Origin: Magallana gigas
Taxonomy: Eukaryota
Direction of reading: 5' to 3'
Length of the DNA stretch: 64,000 nt
Assembly (NCBI RefSeq): GCF_963853765.1
Contig: NC_088855.1
Coordinates: forward strand, 59,706,001 to 59,770,000
Part shown: one piece after another, positions 40,201-52,146 of the stretch
Numbering within the stretch: position 1 is the first letter of the stretch
Layout: the number at the start of each line of letters is the position of its first letter
Made by a program: the position numbers and the translations under genes
Notes under the pieces: model-generated
What the model saw: only the letters and a program-made list of their open reading frames with translations
The model's database searches: none
What the model was told of the DNA's origin: nothing

Positions 40201-40942
40201 TATATTAACTTTGTTATTGTATAAGATTTCCTCCCAGTAAAATCAACATGAGAGAAAAACAAACAATTTTATGACAGACATCATTAACATATATATAATT
40301 ATATTTTTATGTAAATGATGTTTGATGTAAAAAAAAAATTTTTCTTCTCATGTTTTCATGATATACATGTATAGCGTACATATCGGGCTGGGCCTATAGG
40401 ATTTCATTTTAATTTCAATTTAGTTAAGTTTCACAGTTTTCAGTGGTGACATTTTCATCGTCATTTTTCCACAAAAATTTCAGCTTGAAATTTATACATC
40501 ATAAACAGTGTAATGTGATCATCAAGGGTAGGACTGAACACATTATACAGTATCATGTTTCATCACTTGCATCTCATTCCATCTGTTAGGGCTAAAATAC
40601 TTCCTTAAATGGACACATGTTCGATAAAAAATGTTTTAAAACCTGCTGTAGTCTAGAGAATGTGAACTCTTCTCCTCTGATACTATGGCATCAGACTGAA
40701 CAAGAGTACTTGTTTAAAAGCTCTAAAAGTAAACAAGTTTGAAAGTGAAAGTTTATCTGTTTATCGGGTAACCTTGTAAAGTTCTTGCTACTTATTCAAA
40801 ACAATGATCGAGAAGACAGAGTATGTAAAAAAAAGTATACATTAACATTTGCCTCGTTAATTTGTGAGCAATACTTACATATACTTGAAGTCCGCTGGTT
40901 TTCACGGATTGGGCGAAGGGGACGGTCTACATTACCCGCCAT
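16220..40942 (-). CDS. TPCN1: Two-pore calcium/sodium channel protein 1 (TPC1), 26 coding exons, 833 aa
   Basis: Exons (minus strand): 40942-40879, 36572-36262, 34916-34803, 34009-33879, 31397-31309, 31116-31082, 29470-29412, 28730-28631, 27348-27232, 26875-26812, 26650-26550, 26301-26235, 25420-25376, 24934-24878, 24400-24335, 24186-24114, 23369-23265, 22884-22813, 22602-22513, 22137-22040, 21188-21142, 18456-18388, 17923-17833, 17416-17295, 16876-16799, 16456-16220. Total 2502 nt, all GT-AG, phases consistent. TPC1 motifs: [32 protein letters not shown], filter I LLTTANFPDVMMP, EF-hand-like linker, IIS4 [11 protein letters not shown], filter [12 protein letters not shown]. Confidence 0.96.
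18040..18247. mobile_element. TA-flanked MITE; second copy at 37058-37274
   Basis: Ends ACTGTA(T/A)ATTCCT ... AGGAA(T/C)TTACAGTA, with shared internal sequence (AAATCGC, GCGGATTTT, GCGGAATTAAGTAC) in both copies. Confidence 0.65.
18810..21153. repeat. 26-bp minisatellite (ATGAAGTGACTACATACCATGATATA), ~70 units, whose last unit is the TPCN1 exon 21 donor site
   Basis: Periodicity is directly visible. The minus-strand unit TTCATTATATCATG|GTATGTAGTCAC matches the exon/intron junction at 21142/21141. The array is interrupted by a MITE. Confidence 0.95.
20091..20522. mobile_element. MITE with internal (CATAG)n repeats inserted in the 26-bp satellite
   Basis: TIR CAGTCGGTTCAAGAACATCTTTTACAA / TTGTAAAAGATATGCATGAAATGACTG. 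TA target duplication at 20089-90 and 20523-24. Confidence 0.75.
21991..22055. repeat. 22-bp tandem triplication of the TPCN1 exon 20 donor site
   Basis: CCTACCCCCGGAGACCATGAAA x3. GT dinucleotides at 22039-38 (true), 22017-16 and 21995-94. Confidence 0.9.
23317..23478. repeat. 92-bp-offset duplication of the TPCN1 exon 17 acceptor plus 53 nt of exon
   Basis: AGTACTCGCCCAGT...CCTACAACAGACCGACA present at 23317 and 23409, with 2 substitutions. Confidence 0.9.
23480..23825. repeat. 33-bp minisatellite (~10 units) in TPCN1 intron 16
   Basis: TTACTATTAATAATGGACGATCACTGGACAACG repeated. It produces the spurious [14 protein letters not shown]. Confidence 0.95.
31384..31580. repeat. 73-bp tandem repeat x3 containing the TPCN1 exon 5 acceptor
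   Basis: CTGACGACTGATTCTGTAATCAAGATT at 31385, 31458 and 31531. AG-complement (CTG) at 31398 (true), 31471 and 31544. Confidence 0.9.
31873..32370. mobile_element. Tc1/mariner-type MITE
   Basis: Imperfect TIR TACAGTAAAACTCG / CGAGTTTTACAGTA, TA-flanked, with internal TATAGCGAA/TATAACGAA motifs. Similar to a fragment near 29.6-30.1 kb. Confidence 0.6.
33027..33805 (+). mobile_element. Insertion interrupting the 42-bp array, with a Helitron-like 3' end
   Basis: Ends with the hairpin TGACCCG-ACGCAAG-CGGGTCA followed ~6 nt later by CAAGT (CTAGT-like). The 5' boundary is uncertain. Confidence 0.35.
34901..35723. repeat. 50-bp tandem array (~16 units) whose first unit is the TPCN1 exon 3 acceptor
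   Basis: Unit GGACCTACAACATAGGTTAGACATGTCTGAGGAACTCCCCAAAGAGCCAA. On the minus strand, CTATGTTGTAG|GTCCATGGTTCTTTGG equals the junction at 34917/34916. Confidence 0.96.
38978..39143 (-). mobile_element. tRNA-derived SINE-like copy
   Basis: Minus-strand A-box-like TGGCTCAGTGG and B-box-like GGTTCAAACC, followed by a non-tRNA body and a (TAAC)n tail. Confidence 0.5.
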
Positions 40943-41295
40943 ACTTGTTTATCCATTCGGAAATTCTCCAGTCGTGGGTTCCGAAGGGAAAGTAGTCCTA
41001 TTGGTATATTCATGCGCTACTTGATAAATAACTTTGTTGAATTATGTGAACATCTGTTTATATTGTTCCAAATTTGAAATTAACTCTCTCAACATGATAT
41101 TTTGATATATAATTTAAAAGAATACTTATAATCATGAATTGATACATAAGAATATATATAAGATACATGGAACTATCTGTTGCTAGTGTAAGACATGTCA
41201 ACAAATTAAATGTGATAAGGTTAAATCAAGATGGCAGAGTCCGTTTAGAGTAACTGACACAACATTGTATGTAATTTTTAAAGAAAGGAAAGACA
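40943..41295. promoter_or_regulatory. Putative bidirectional promoter/5' UTR interval between TPCN1 and IQCD
   Basis: Only 353 bp separate the divergent start codons. The interval contains an imperfect RFX X-box-like GTTGCTAGTGTAAG at 41179-41192 (weak match). Confidence 0.55.
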
Positions 41296-44200
41296 ATGGC
41301 GACGGGACAAGTGTCGCGTGTAATTACGGAGGCCATTCCAACTGAGCCTACCCTTAAATTACATATGCCACACCCGCCTAACAGTAAGTTTGGTGTTCCT
41401 CCAAACAAAATTCGCAATAAATTGCGATTGGATCCATCAAGAGCATTAGAGCCAACAAGAAAAAAGATTTCTACGATCGAGGCCCAGCGTGTGATGTCAG
41501 TGTTTGAGGATACGATTTGTAAAGCTGAAATTGTTTCAATCCTTCCATTCATTTTAGAGAATAGAGAGAGGTTTCGAGTAAGCCTTGGAGCTGAACTCTC
41601 TTTGTTATTGGATATTCATAAAAACACTGTGGAAAGCTATGAAGAAATCAAACAGCAGCTTGATATTCAGATGCGCCAGAGACGCATCAGAACAGCTAGC
41701 ACAGAGAAGAGTGAAGGTTTTGAGGATGAGGGAATGGGAGAGTATGGGGCCAGCACAGAGAGTCCTATGCCTGAGGCAGAACAAATGGGTGGGTCACGGA
41801 GGAGCAGTGTAGCTAGTGCACGGTCCGTCCGATCGGCCCAGTCTGTGGAGAGCTATGACAGCCAGACAGAGAGGACCATGAGAAGTCTCAGTCTGGTAGC
41901 ACAGCAGCTCAGCAGCTCCTGTAAAAATATCCTCAGGGCATTCCTGACCAATCCCAATGCCCTGAGCATGATCAAAAACCAGGCAAGACGAGCAGAGCCT
42001 TGCAGTATGTTTCTGAAGGATATGTCTGACCTCAGGGACATTTTGCTGAACAAGCTGTTGACCACCCCAGAGGAAGAGAAGGAGAGAATGCAGTACATTC
42101 AGGAGGTTTCCAAGCGGGAGAGACAGAACGCCACAGTGATTGAGGACCTGGAGCAGAAACTCAAGGCGGCCATGGATGATAAAGATGAAGAAGTATCTCA
42201 TTTATTCAGCTTCTGATAATTAATTTCTTGATGTATATTATTGAAAAAAAGTAGAGTTCTTATTCGTAATTAAGAATTATTTAAACTTTATATAAAAAAT
42301 TTGGAAGCATGTACAATAATATGCAATGGTTATCTCCACTGCTTAATAATTATTTATGAAATTAGAAACATCTTTGACACATAAATTTTTTTAAATCTTA
42401 TAGAATATCAAAGAGAAAGTCCTCATCTATGAATTGTCATATGTTACACTCTTTTAACAGATCAAGAAGAAGAATTCCATCATCAGAAAGCTCCAGGCAG
42501 ATCTGCGTCAGATTGAGAAGTTTTCAGACGAGAACAATAAAAGAGTGACCAATGAGGCGGAAAAACAGGAACAAGCGGATCTAAAGAACAGCGAGGGCAA
42601 GAAACAGCGCCTGATGACGGAGCTGAACCAGCTGAAAACGCAGCTGCAGAACGCGGTGATGGAACACAGGGAAAACGAGCAGGAACTGAGAAGAGTACGT
42701 CTTGTTACTGGTGTAGTGTAGTAGTCACCTCCCCCAGAGTTCACCCCCTGAAACCAGCACAGGAAATATCCCTCTCCATAGATATAGATAATTGATCAAA
42801 CTTACATTGATGCCTTAGAATTTTTGATCTCTCTCTTTTATATCAATATATTTTACGGTTAGCTTTACATGCATTTCATATTGATTGTAATTTTTACGTA
42901 TTTTAGTAAAGTTAATTTTTTAAATCTTGAACCAACCCCCCCAGAATATTTTATGTGCTGGTTTTGAAATCTACCCTAGAATGCACTGAGTGTAAAAACT
43001 CCTCTGGTACAAGGATGACATATTCCATTTGTTTCATAATTCTTGTTTCAAAATCAAAACTTCTTTCATTTATATCAGCATTTATATATAACCGGTAATT
43101 CAGAAATTTATTTTCATTTTCCAGCTTTGCTTTTATCAATTCCTTCAGTCAAAATTTAAATCTATGAATATCACTTTTTGGTAACAAGTTTTGATTCAGA
43201 AATACTTTGATGATTTTTCCAAAGAAGTTTGACCCCTCCGTCTATGCCATCCTTGTACCCGTGTAAGTTTGCACTCTGGATAACTTGGTAGCACTTCCTC
43301 TGTAGATGTTGTACTCCTAGCATGCACTATCCTCTGGTAGATTTGTCCTCACAATCTCTCCTACATAGATCACATATACCAGTAGATATGTAGATATACT
43401 AGTAGTACCTATTATATCTTTGTAGTTCTTAAATAGAAAGTTGTCTAGATTACATTTAGAAACTCTTGTAGATTTAAAAAACAAAACCAGATTTTTATTT
43501 TCACATTTATGATTTTTTTTTTCACTCTTCTATCTTCTTTCTTGAATTTGTTAGGTTGGTTTTTTTTTTTTATTTCTAACAAAAGTAGAAACATGAACTA
43601 GAAACAATCTGTCAGCATTAACATGAATTAGGCCATAAAAATTAAACTCTTGGTTTTAATTAGGCCAATATTTTCAAAAACAGATGCGGTCGGGTTGTGA
43701 TAATTTTTTTTTTCATTACAAAAAAAAGATGAAATATTTTTTTCTTTTATTTTAATAATGCGCAATTCTTATTAAAATCCAGAAATTAAAAGCAATGTTT
43801 CAAAGCAAAAAAATAGTTACCTTACGATGAATGTATCTATCTTATCAGATTAATTAGCTAAAACTAAATAAAATGAAGAAGTCATCATGTTCTTTAAGAA
43901 ACACCACAACTACAAGGCTTGAGAAAGCCATGTGTTTAGGCATAATGGGATATTTACCGGTAGTATAGTACAAGCTGCAGAACCTCTCCTTCTGTATACA
44001 TTTGTAGTTACCGTAAATGACTTTCTTCTTCATACCAAAACTAAAATCATTGCTGTCGCGATCATAACTTGAATGTCCTCTAACTAGAGTTGGCGGCCAT
44101 TTTCAAATGAAATAGTTAAATCTGAATTATCACGATGATTGCAATTATGTTATTTAATGAAGTCAAGCGTTTTACTGACTTGAGTATCTAAAACAAGTTC

Positions 44201-47200
44201 ATAAATTTATCCGAATTTTTTTATAGATTTTCAAGTGCACATGCGAAATTTTAATTTTGTTCATTTAGTGATAAAAATAGGCAATGTACAATGTTAAATT
44301 AGATGTGAGCGGATCTTTGAACCATTTTTTTTGTTGGCTTAGGAATTTCTTTAACTATTATTGGTAAATTTATTTTGAGTCAGTTTTAAAAGTAATAGTA
44401 AATAATTAAGTTAGGGTAGATGCAATAAATTTTATTGCTTTTTTGAGACTTTTCAAAAGCAGATTGAAAAAATTTCCAAGGGGAATGTATCATTATATAC
44501 CAGGTATATAAAACTATAAGGGGTCTATAGAGGATATCTGAACTAGATGTGTAAACTGGAGTACAACATTTATGACAGAGTAACCTCCCCTCTGAGGTGG
44601 CACTACATTAACACTCTGTGACAGGTCGGTAGTTTTCTAGTTCTGTGTTCCTTTGACCTGTGTCTGAAGGTCACTGAAGGTCACTCTCTCTCTTGCACTG
44701 GATTATGTTTGTCTTTTGTGGTCACTCAAGTAAGCATGTTAATTTCCTTTTCAAAATGCACAAGATTGAATGGGAAAGAATTACATAGAAGGTGACTTAA
44801 TGTTATTTACTGAAACCCCTGCATTTGCTCATTGCGGACTAGAGGATATGATGTACATTTATAAGGGTTTTCATGATTTCATAAATAATCTTATCTAATG
44901 CTTCAATCAAGGTAAAAGCATTTGCAATAATGAAAAAACAGTAACATTTTCCTTTGAACCAGATTTTATCTCTCCTGAAGTTTTTTTATTAATCCAGTTA
45001 AGTAGTCACATCTTAGGATCTAGGAAACCCTGAATCTCAAAGTTCAATTAAAATAAAAAAGCCATTAAAAAGGTTTATTTGCATGCAAGAAGTTTTCTTA
45101 GGATTGTACAATCCTCGTCGACTTGAATATATCTTGTCACAACCTGTCTCTAATTGGCTGGTAATATATAATTTCCATATAATCCCATAATATGTTAATT
45201 AACGGTGCTACTGTTGTGGCGAGCGCAGCAAGAATTACACGTACCTTGCATCATTGTCAACTTAATGTTATTTAGTTATTAACAAACGTCAAAGAATTTT
45301 TGAGAGAGAGAGAGAGATTATTTTTTTTGTACCTTTTTTTTCAGGTTCATTTTAAATTGTTTAAAAATTTGTTTACTTTTGAATTCTAATTACATACGTT
45401 ATCCGTGCCCCGAACCCCTGTTTGTAGGAGTGTGATTTTCCATTTTCAAATTTAATGTTTGACTATATGCAATATATGCATAAATTTTTGAACTGTTTAT
45501 TTTTTCTCTTTATTTTTTTTTTTTAGTTCAAAATATTTTTTTTTTTTAATTTCCTCCCTACTCTTCCTTTGTACATGCATGCAAAAATGGCTTAAAATTG
45601 GATCGATATGACAGTAAAGTATGGCTCTTGCTAGTATATATATTATCTCTCTATCAAAAATTTTTTTTTAAAAACCATGTCAATGAGGCAGGTATCGCAG
45701 TCTATACTGAAATAGCTAGTACACAAAATACAGATGTTTGATCCACCTCTAAATATATCGTAGGAAATATTTGTTTACGTACATGTATATCTTGACTCAA
45801 TACGAAGGAATGGAAGCATGTAAAAAATCTCTTGGATCTTACCAAAGCTTGTGCGATACTCAAAACATGTCTTTTTGTCTTTTTTGGCATAGCACCATTG
45901 ATGAAAACATTAGAGAGCATTATGGGATGTAGACAAAAAGTTTTTCTTGATGAATCAGTATATAGGTTTAGCTCGTTCTTTTTTCAGGGCACACTGGTTC
46001 TTTGAGCTCACTTAGCTCACCCATGCTGCGTGCCAGCGAGCTGCATCTGCTATAATCAACATCTCATCCCAAAATTACGGTACCGATCAGACCCACCCTA
46101 ACAGAAAGTAATTTTTAACCCCCAACTAAACCTTGGGTTTACTTTTGGGGTTTACTCTGGGTTTACTTGAGTGGACCCAGAGTAAATTCAAAGTTAACCC
46201 AGAGTGGACACAGAGAGAAAACCCCCGTCAAAAGTGTATCCCTGAAAGCAGGTGCTACATGAGTATTTGGAATACAAGGGCAGAAATTACAGGCAGTAAG
46301 ATGATAAGATACAAATGTAAAAGACGGGTCTGCTTCACACTTCAGTTTGAAAAGTGGACCTCAAAAGCAAACCACGAGTAAATTCAAAGTAAATTCCAAG
46401 TGGACCCAGAGTAAACCTCAAATGGACACGGGGTTAAGTTGGGGTCTACACTTTTGTGTTAGAGTGGGTTTGATCGGTAGTGTAGTTGTCACAAATTTGT
46501 TTATCTTGGTAAATCAGAAAAAAGTCATCACAAATAAAAATTGGTGAACGGTATATTGATATACAAGGAGATGTAATATAGTTTGAAGTATTTTGAAATT
46601 CAAGTAATGTAACATATATCAAAGAGAGGTAACTTTATTTTAGTGATCACCCATACTTAGTCAGATATACAGTAACGATCAGACCCAACCTAACAGAAAG
46701 TAAACCCCAACTAAACCCTGGGTTTACTTTTGGGGTTTACTCTGTGTTTACTACAGTGGACCAAGAGTAAACTTAAAGTATATCCAGAGTGTAAACAGAG
46801 AGTAAACCCCGACCAGAAGTAAACCCCTGAAAGCTCACTGACGCTACATGTGTAATTGGAATATACAAGGAGAAGGGGTTACAGTTACTAACAGTTAACT
46901 GTAGTAAGATGGTAAGATAAAAGAAGGGTCTGCTTCACACTTCAGTGCATACAGTTGAACCCAAAGCAAATCCCGAGTAAACCAAAAGTAAAACCTGAGT
47001 AAACCAAAAGTAAACCCCAAGTCGACACAAATTTTGAAAAAGCAGGCCCAGCTAAGCTAGAGATCTCGGAATTTAGTTGGGGTTTACTTTGGTGTTAGGT
47101 TGAGTCTGATCGGTACTGTAGCTGCTTGAGTTGGACACTGTTGCCAAGGTGAACAAAGTTGCCCAAAAGCATATTGTCCTATACTAATTAAGTCTGCAAT

Positions 47201-48084
47201 CCCTAATAACCCTGAAATCTTCAAATTTAGATTTCATTTAGAAACTGTTGTTTGGCCACTAATGCTCACAAAGTTTGTCTCAAAATGTCTTAGTTCAGAT
47301 TTTCAAATAGTCTTTGACATGTAGCACTCTCTCTGCATCAGAGGAGAGGGACCCTTAATCAACGATTTTGACTGATTGGCTGAAATAACTGGTTATAAAT
47401 GACAAATGTCCAGTGACTACCAAAGGATTGGGAAACCTTAAAAAATATAGAATTGTTATATTGTAATTTGATTTTGTTTTTTCCAGAAAAAATTCAGAGT
47501 TGAGTCACAAGTTGAGAACTGGATCCAGAAATATGATACAGACATGAATGAAAGACAGGTAGGCCTGACTGATAAAATAATGTTTGATGTTCCATATTGA
47601 ACAGTCTAAGTTTAAGACTTTTTTCTCTTTAATATTGAAGCTAAAGTTTTCAATTGTGCTTGTCACAATCTAGACTATATGACAAAAACTGTTACATTGA
47701 AATAAAGTACTTTTGATTGTTACTATTGTATCTCTTTTTATAGAAGTATGAGATTTCTGTGTTTAACAGAGTAAAGTTTTTATCCTATTTATTAAATCAA
47801 AAATTTCTGTTTGCCAGAGTGAGTACGAGGAGATAGACCTGGTGTACACTGAGGAGAAGAAGCAGCTCCATGAGTTGGAGGAGCGGTTCAAGACGCTGGA
47901 GGCAGAGTACCAGCAGATCATGGAGGAGCGCCGCGTGGCAAGGGAGAAGCGAGAGGCGGCGGAGAGAGAGATGGCACTGATGGTGAAGGCCGCCACCACT
48001 ATCCAGGCATTCTGGCGGTCCTTCAAAGTTCGCAAGGCACTCAAGGCCCGCAAGAAGAAGGGTGGCGGCAAAAAGAAAAAGTAA
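41296..48084 (+). CDS. IQCD: Dynein regulatory complex subunit 10 (IQ domain-containing protein D), 489 aa
   Basis: Exons 41296-42192, 42461-42694, 47487-47558 and 47818-48084, all phase 0 and GT-AG. Motifs RALEPTRKKI, VENWIQKYDTDM, coiled coil, C-terminal IQ motif AATTIQAFWRSFKVRK and Lys-rich tail. Confidence 0.92.
46077..46485. mobile_element. MITE with internal ~10-bp GGGGTTTACT repeats (copy 1)
   Basis: TIR GTACCGATCAGACCCA..CTAAC / GTTAG..GGGTTTGATCGGTAG, matching copy 2. Confidence 0.7.
46669..47120. mobile_element. MITE with internal ~10-bp GGGGTTTACT repeats (copy 2)
   Basis: TACAGTAACGATCAGACCCAACCTAAC ... GTTAGGTTGAGTCTGATCGGTACTGTA, TA-flanked. Confidence 0.75.
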
Positions 48085-49519
48085 AGCTTTGTGTGAGGTG
48101 GCTGTGTTGTCTGCGGGTTGGTGGGGCATGCTGAGTGACATCACTATATTTGTGACATCACTATATGTGTTTCATCACAATAGCATGCATTGTCTTTGTA
48201 ATTAAATAACTATCTATACCATCTGGTTGTTGAAATGTACTCACATGATATATGTAAACACAATAAATTGTCTGCTTTTGTTGAAGTGTGGTTTTTTTTT
48301 AACTTAGACTAAATTAAGCCAGATTTAGTTTGCTATTTACATGTGTAACATTTTGGTGTGGAATTCATGTGGACTAATTTCACCGCCATCATCAGACCTG
48401 AGGCACAGAATATTGTTTGTCACTTCTCCAGGAGCTCATCAGAGAGAATTTACAACCCATCAAATATGTATTGCCTCCACAATGTTTCTTTGTCAGTTCA
48501 TCAAGTGTCCATCATGTTTGGTTTGCACATTATGATTATCAATGTTTTATTTCTCAACAAATTCTTATTTTTATAAAAAAAAATTCATTTTACCAGTAAA
48601 ATTACATATCTGGTAATAATTCATGTGAACATTTTAAATGTTTATTTTCTATTGCTCTATTTACAACACATAAAGTATGTGGTTTATTTTCACAGTTCAG
48701 CTTAAAGAATGAGGCTCACGGAGAGTAATGGTAGCCAGGTTCCTTCCCTGTATTACTGTTTATGAAATCTGGACGTGAAGATAAAACATTGGTGAAAGTT
48801 CCTGTTTATGCATTGTTTGATATACATGTTTACCCCCTGTTTTACAGTTGTGTATTTGCTACTTCTAAGATAAATTCTTTTTACATTGTTTGTAATGAAG
48901 TCTTTTCTTTATTTTTGAATTATTGTCTGATAGTCAAGATAACCAATATCCACAATTTTCCCATGAAACAACCACAATGTATTCTTGTCAATTTATGAAA
49001 GAAGAATTTATAAATCACTAGATGCTTTACAATTATTACTTTGTAATTCTAGCCTTTTCAACTGTTTTTTCAATCTCAGTTAATCATATGTCATGGTTAA
49101 TTATGACGTCACACGGCGTAAGAATACACGAGGTAATTTCAAAAATGATTTTGTGATGTACAGATATAAATATAAACACGAGCTATGTATTTTCTCTGAA
49201 GCGCTATAGTTACCTTCATACCCGTATGATTCACCAAAGAAAGCAACTGATACAGAGCTTACATTATTTCACAATTTTGTTATGTAAAAAAGAAATTTAG
49301 CTTGTGTTACCTTTAACAATTATTTAATGCCTGTATTGGCAGTTACACACCTGCATGTACGCAACTCATCAGGTACCAACGTGAACGCAAGCAGGGAGTG
49401 CCGCACACTTGCACCAACAACGCAACCTAACTCAAGCAGGGTTGACCGCACACTTGCACCAACAACGCAACCTTAGTGGCACTAACACGCTTTGACAGCA
49501 TAACGGAATATTGAGTTTC

Positions 49520-49858
49520 TGGTCAATATGAGAATTCAAGTGGAGATAAATATCTGATAAGTGGAGATAAATATCTGACAAGTCGACATAATTATCTGAC
49601 AAGGTAAAGTGGACATAATTATCTGACAAGGTGAAGTGGACATAATTATCTGACAAGTGGAGATAAATATCTGACAAGTCGACATAATTATCTGACAAGG
49701 TGAAGAGGACATAATTATCTGACATGGTGAAGTGGACATATTTATCTGACAAGGTGAAGTGGACATAATTATCTGACAAGTGAAGATAAATATCTGACAA
49801 GTCGACATAATTATCTGACAAGTCGACATAATTATCTGACAAGTCGACATAATTATCC
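49520..49858. repeat. Tandem repeat built on GACATAATTATCTGACAAGT modules, probably inside an interspersed element (~49090-49962)
   Basis: Visible ~21-33-bp modules that generate the spurious SDNYVDL / IIMSTCQ ORFs. Confidence 0.85.
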
Positions 49859-50132
49859 GGTGGCAGATCTATGTCGCCATACGCAAGTATTCGGCAGTCA
49901 TTTATTAGACAGGTCCATCATTACATTTTACCAAGCGCGATCATGAAATGATTAAACCATGATGATCTTGGAATGATAATTTTTTCACCGGTTACAGAAT
50001 CAGTTCCGAATAGGTTGGTCAAATGTAAAAAAAAAAAAAAAATGTTTAATTTAGACACGAAGCCTCGGGGAGATGGGGGTATCTACATATAAAAAACTGA
50101 ATGTTGAAGGAGTTGCCACCCATACACCATTC

Positions 50133-52146
50133 TTTTTAGCTCACCTGAACCGAAGGTTCGTTCGTCCGTCTGTATGTATTAAACTTTTCACATTTTTGAC
50201 TTATCTAGAACCACTGGACCAAATTTAACCAAGTAAGCATCCATATGGGGAGTAATGCTAATTATTTAAAAATAAAATGGAGACCTTTTTTGAAAGTGAG
50301 ATAATTATTAAACAGTGAAAATAGGATGCGTGTCTTAAAAATCTTCTCAAGAAACATTTACTAGTAGTGTCAACATTCTTATCACACTCTGGTTTCAGGC
50401 ACGTAGCATCAGGGGGGCCAGGTTGAAATTTCCTTTCTTTTTCTTTTTTTTGCTTGTCAAGATTTTTTGGATGAGTCTGCCCCCCCCCCCCCCCCCCCCC
50501 CACTTTCAAAAACGATGCTACGTGCCTGGGTTTTCACCGTCGTGATGTTCGGGGAATAGCTCAGCAGATTTGTGGCTATGTGAGGTACTCACGTTCACAA
50601 TACCTAAGGAATCAAAATCCGTAGAAATTAATTAAAAGATGTTTATTTCGATGAGCCGCAAGTTGGAAAGTGATTTCGAAAAAATCATTTACCAACGCGG
50701 TCACTCTACGGACATGAAATTGACCAATCAGGTAACTCATTTTAAAAAGGTTAACGCCCAATTTCGGCAAAATTTCTTTGATGCTTGACACTGTTAGCTA
50801 AGCCAAAAAGTGGTTACAACAATTACTCGCATTTCCGCAAAGAACCTGTAACAAAGACAGGATTAATTAACTTGAAGCCCAAACAAAATAATTAAGTTTA
50901 TCTACGTGGAATACGCACAAATTTCTATTTCAAATAACAACATTTTTCAATTAATCGAACAGTGAAATATCATGAATTGCTGGTTCATGTTACTTATAAC
51001 TGTTACATTAAAAAAAAGTTTAAAATTTATCAATTTAAACTTAACTATAAACTGTTACAGTACTTTAAGTTTAAATTGATAAATTTTAAACTTTTAATGT
51101 ATAACATTTACATCACATATAAAGAGAAGATTCTAAATTGTTTAATTTGTGACCCCTGACCAATAATGGGGTCCCAAAATGGGTTTAAAGTTTAACTTAG
51201 AAATATAAAGGAAACTGTTTTCAAATCTTCTTCCCAAGAAATACAATTCTACATTTTATTTTTAAGCGATGAAAGCTTATTTTTGAATGTCATCGGTCCT
51301 ATAACATACCAAGGCTTTGTGAATGCCGCACTATAAGAGTATTTGTCTGCACAGTCTTGATGTGTTAAAGGACCAAGGACATCTCAAAATAAGCATTTAA
51401 TGATTATTATTTATATTCATATTGCTTTTTATTTGTATAAGGTATATTTGTGAATAGTCGCTAAGCCATTAAATACGCACTTTATAGTCAGGGATATGAC
51501 TCAAAATATAATGCTAGAAACTTTGTAGAGAAAAAAATCTTTTTTATTAATGAATATATACAATTCAACGTTTATTTTTCACGTCGGAGTACATGTACAT
51601 GCTAAATTGATAGCTAATATGTAAGTTTGAACCTTTCATTTAATATTAAAATGGTGATTATTCAAAACGCGTAATGACGTTAATATTTGTGCTCATGGCC
51701 GTGAATAGGTTAAGTGTTTTTACAGATATTTGAACGTCGCAGATTTCCAATGTGGAAATATTCACTAAATGTAAATTATATTTTATTGTGTATTAGCATC
51801 CTCATACCTCATTGTTCTCATAAAAAGATTACAATGACCTTTAAATCTTCATTTTGTATATTTTTATTTTGATAAATTTTTTTTGTATAATTATGTACTA
51901 GTTTATTTTAAATACAACTCCGTTATCTTTAATACGTTGTGGCCCAAGATAATAGGTTTGGCCAGGTGATGCATTTTGTATCTTAAAATATGATGCCAAA
52001 TAATTATGCTTCTTTTTATGCATTGTAAAATCTTGGAATATATGAGAGTTTTACACTTCTTTTAAATAGTTCCATATTTAAAAATCTCGAAGTAGAATGA
52101 TACAAGTAGTGTTCCGGTGAGCGATGTGACCCATGGGCCGCTTGTT
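50133..52146 (-). mobile_element. Helentron-type non-autonomous element (HINE/pearl-like) on the minus strand with nested insertions
   Basis: TTTTTAGCTCACCTGA...CGTCCGTCTG at the left end and GGTGAGCGATGTGACCCATGGGCCGCTTGTT at the right end are reverse complements of the termini of the 53406-55539 element. Confidence 0.65.
50396..50528. mobile_element. Small MITE with a perfect 15-bp TIR
   Basis: CAGGCACGTAGCATC ... GATGCTACGTGCCTG, with an internal poly-C. Confidence 0.7.

Noticed and set aside
41226-42201. Overlapping antisense and alternative-frame ORFs
   Set aside because: They are shadows of IQCD exon 1.
49432-49850. Repetitive ORFs (SDNYVDL..., IIMSTCQ...)
   Set aside because: They are translations of a tandem repeat in two frames.
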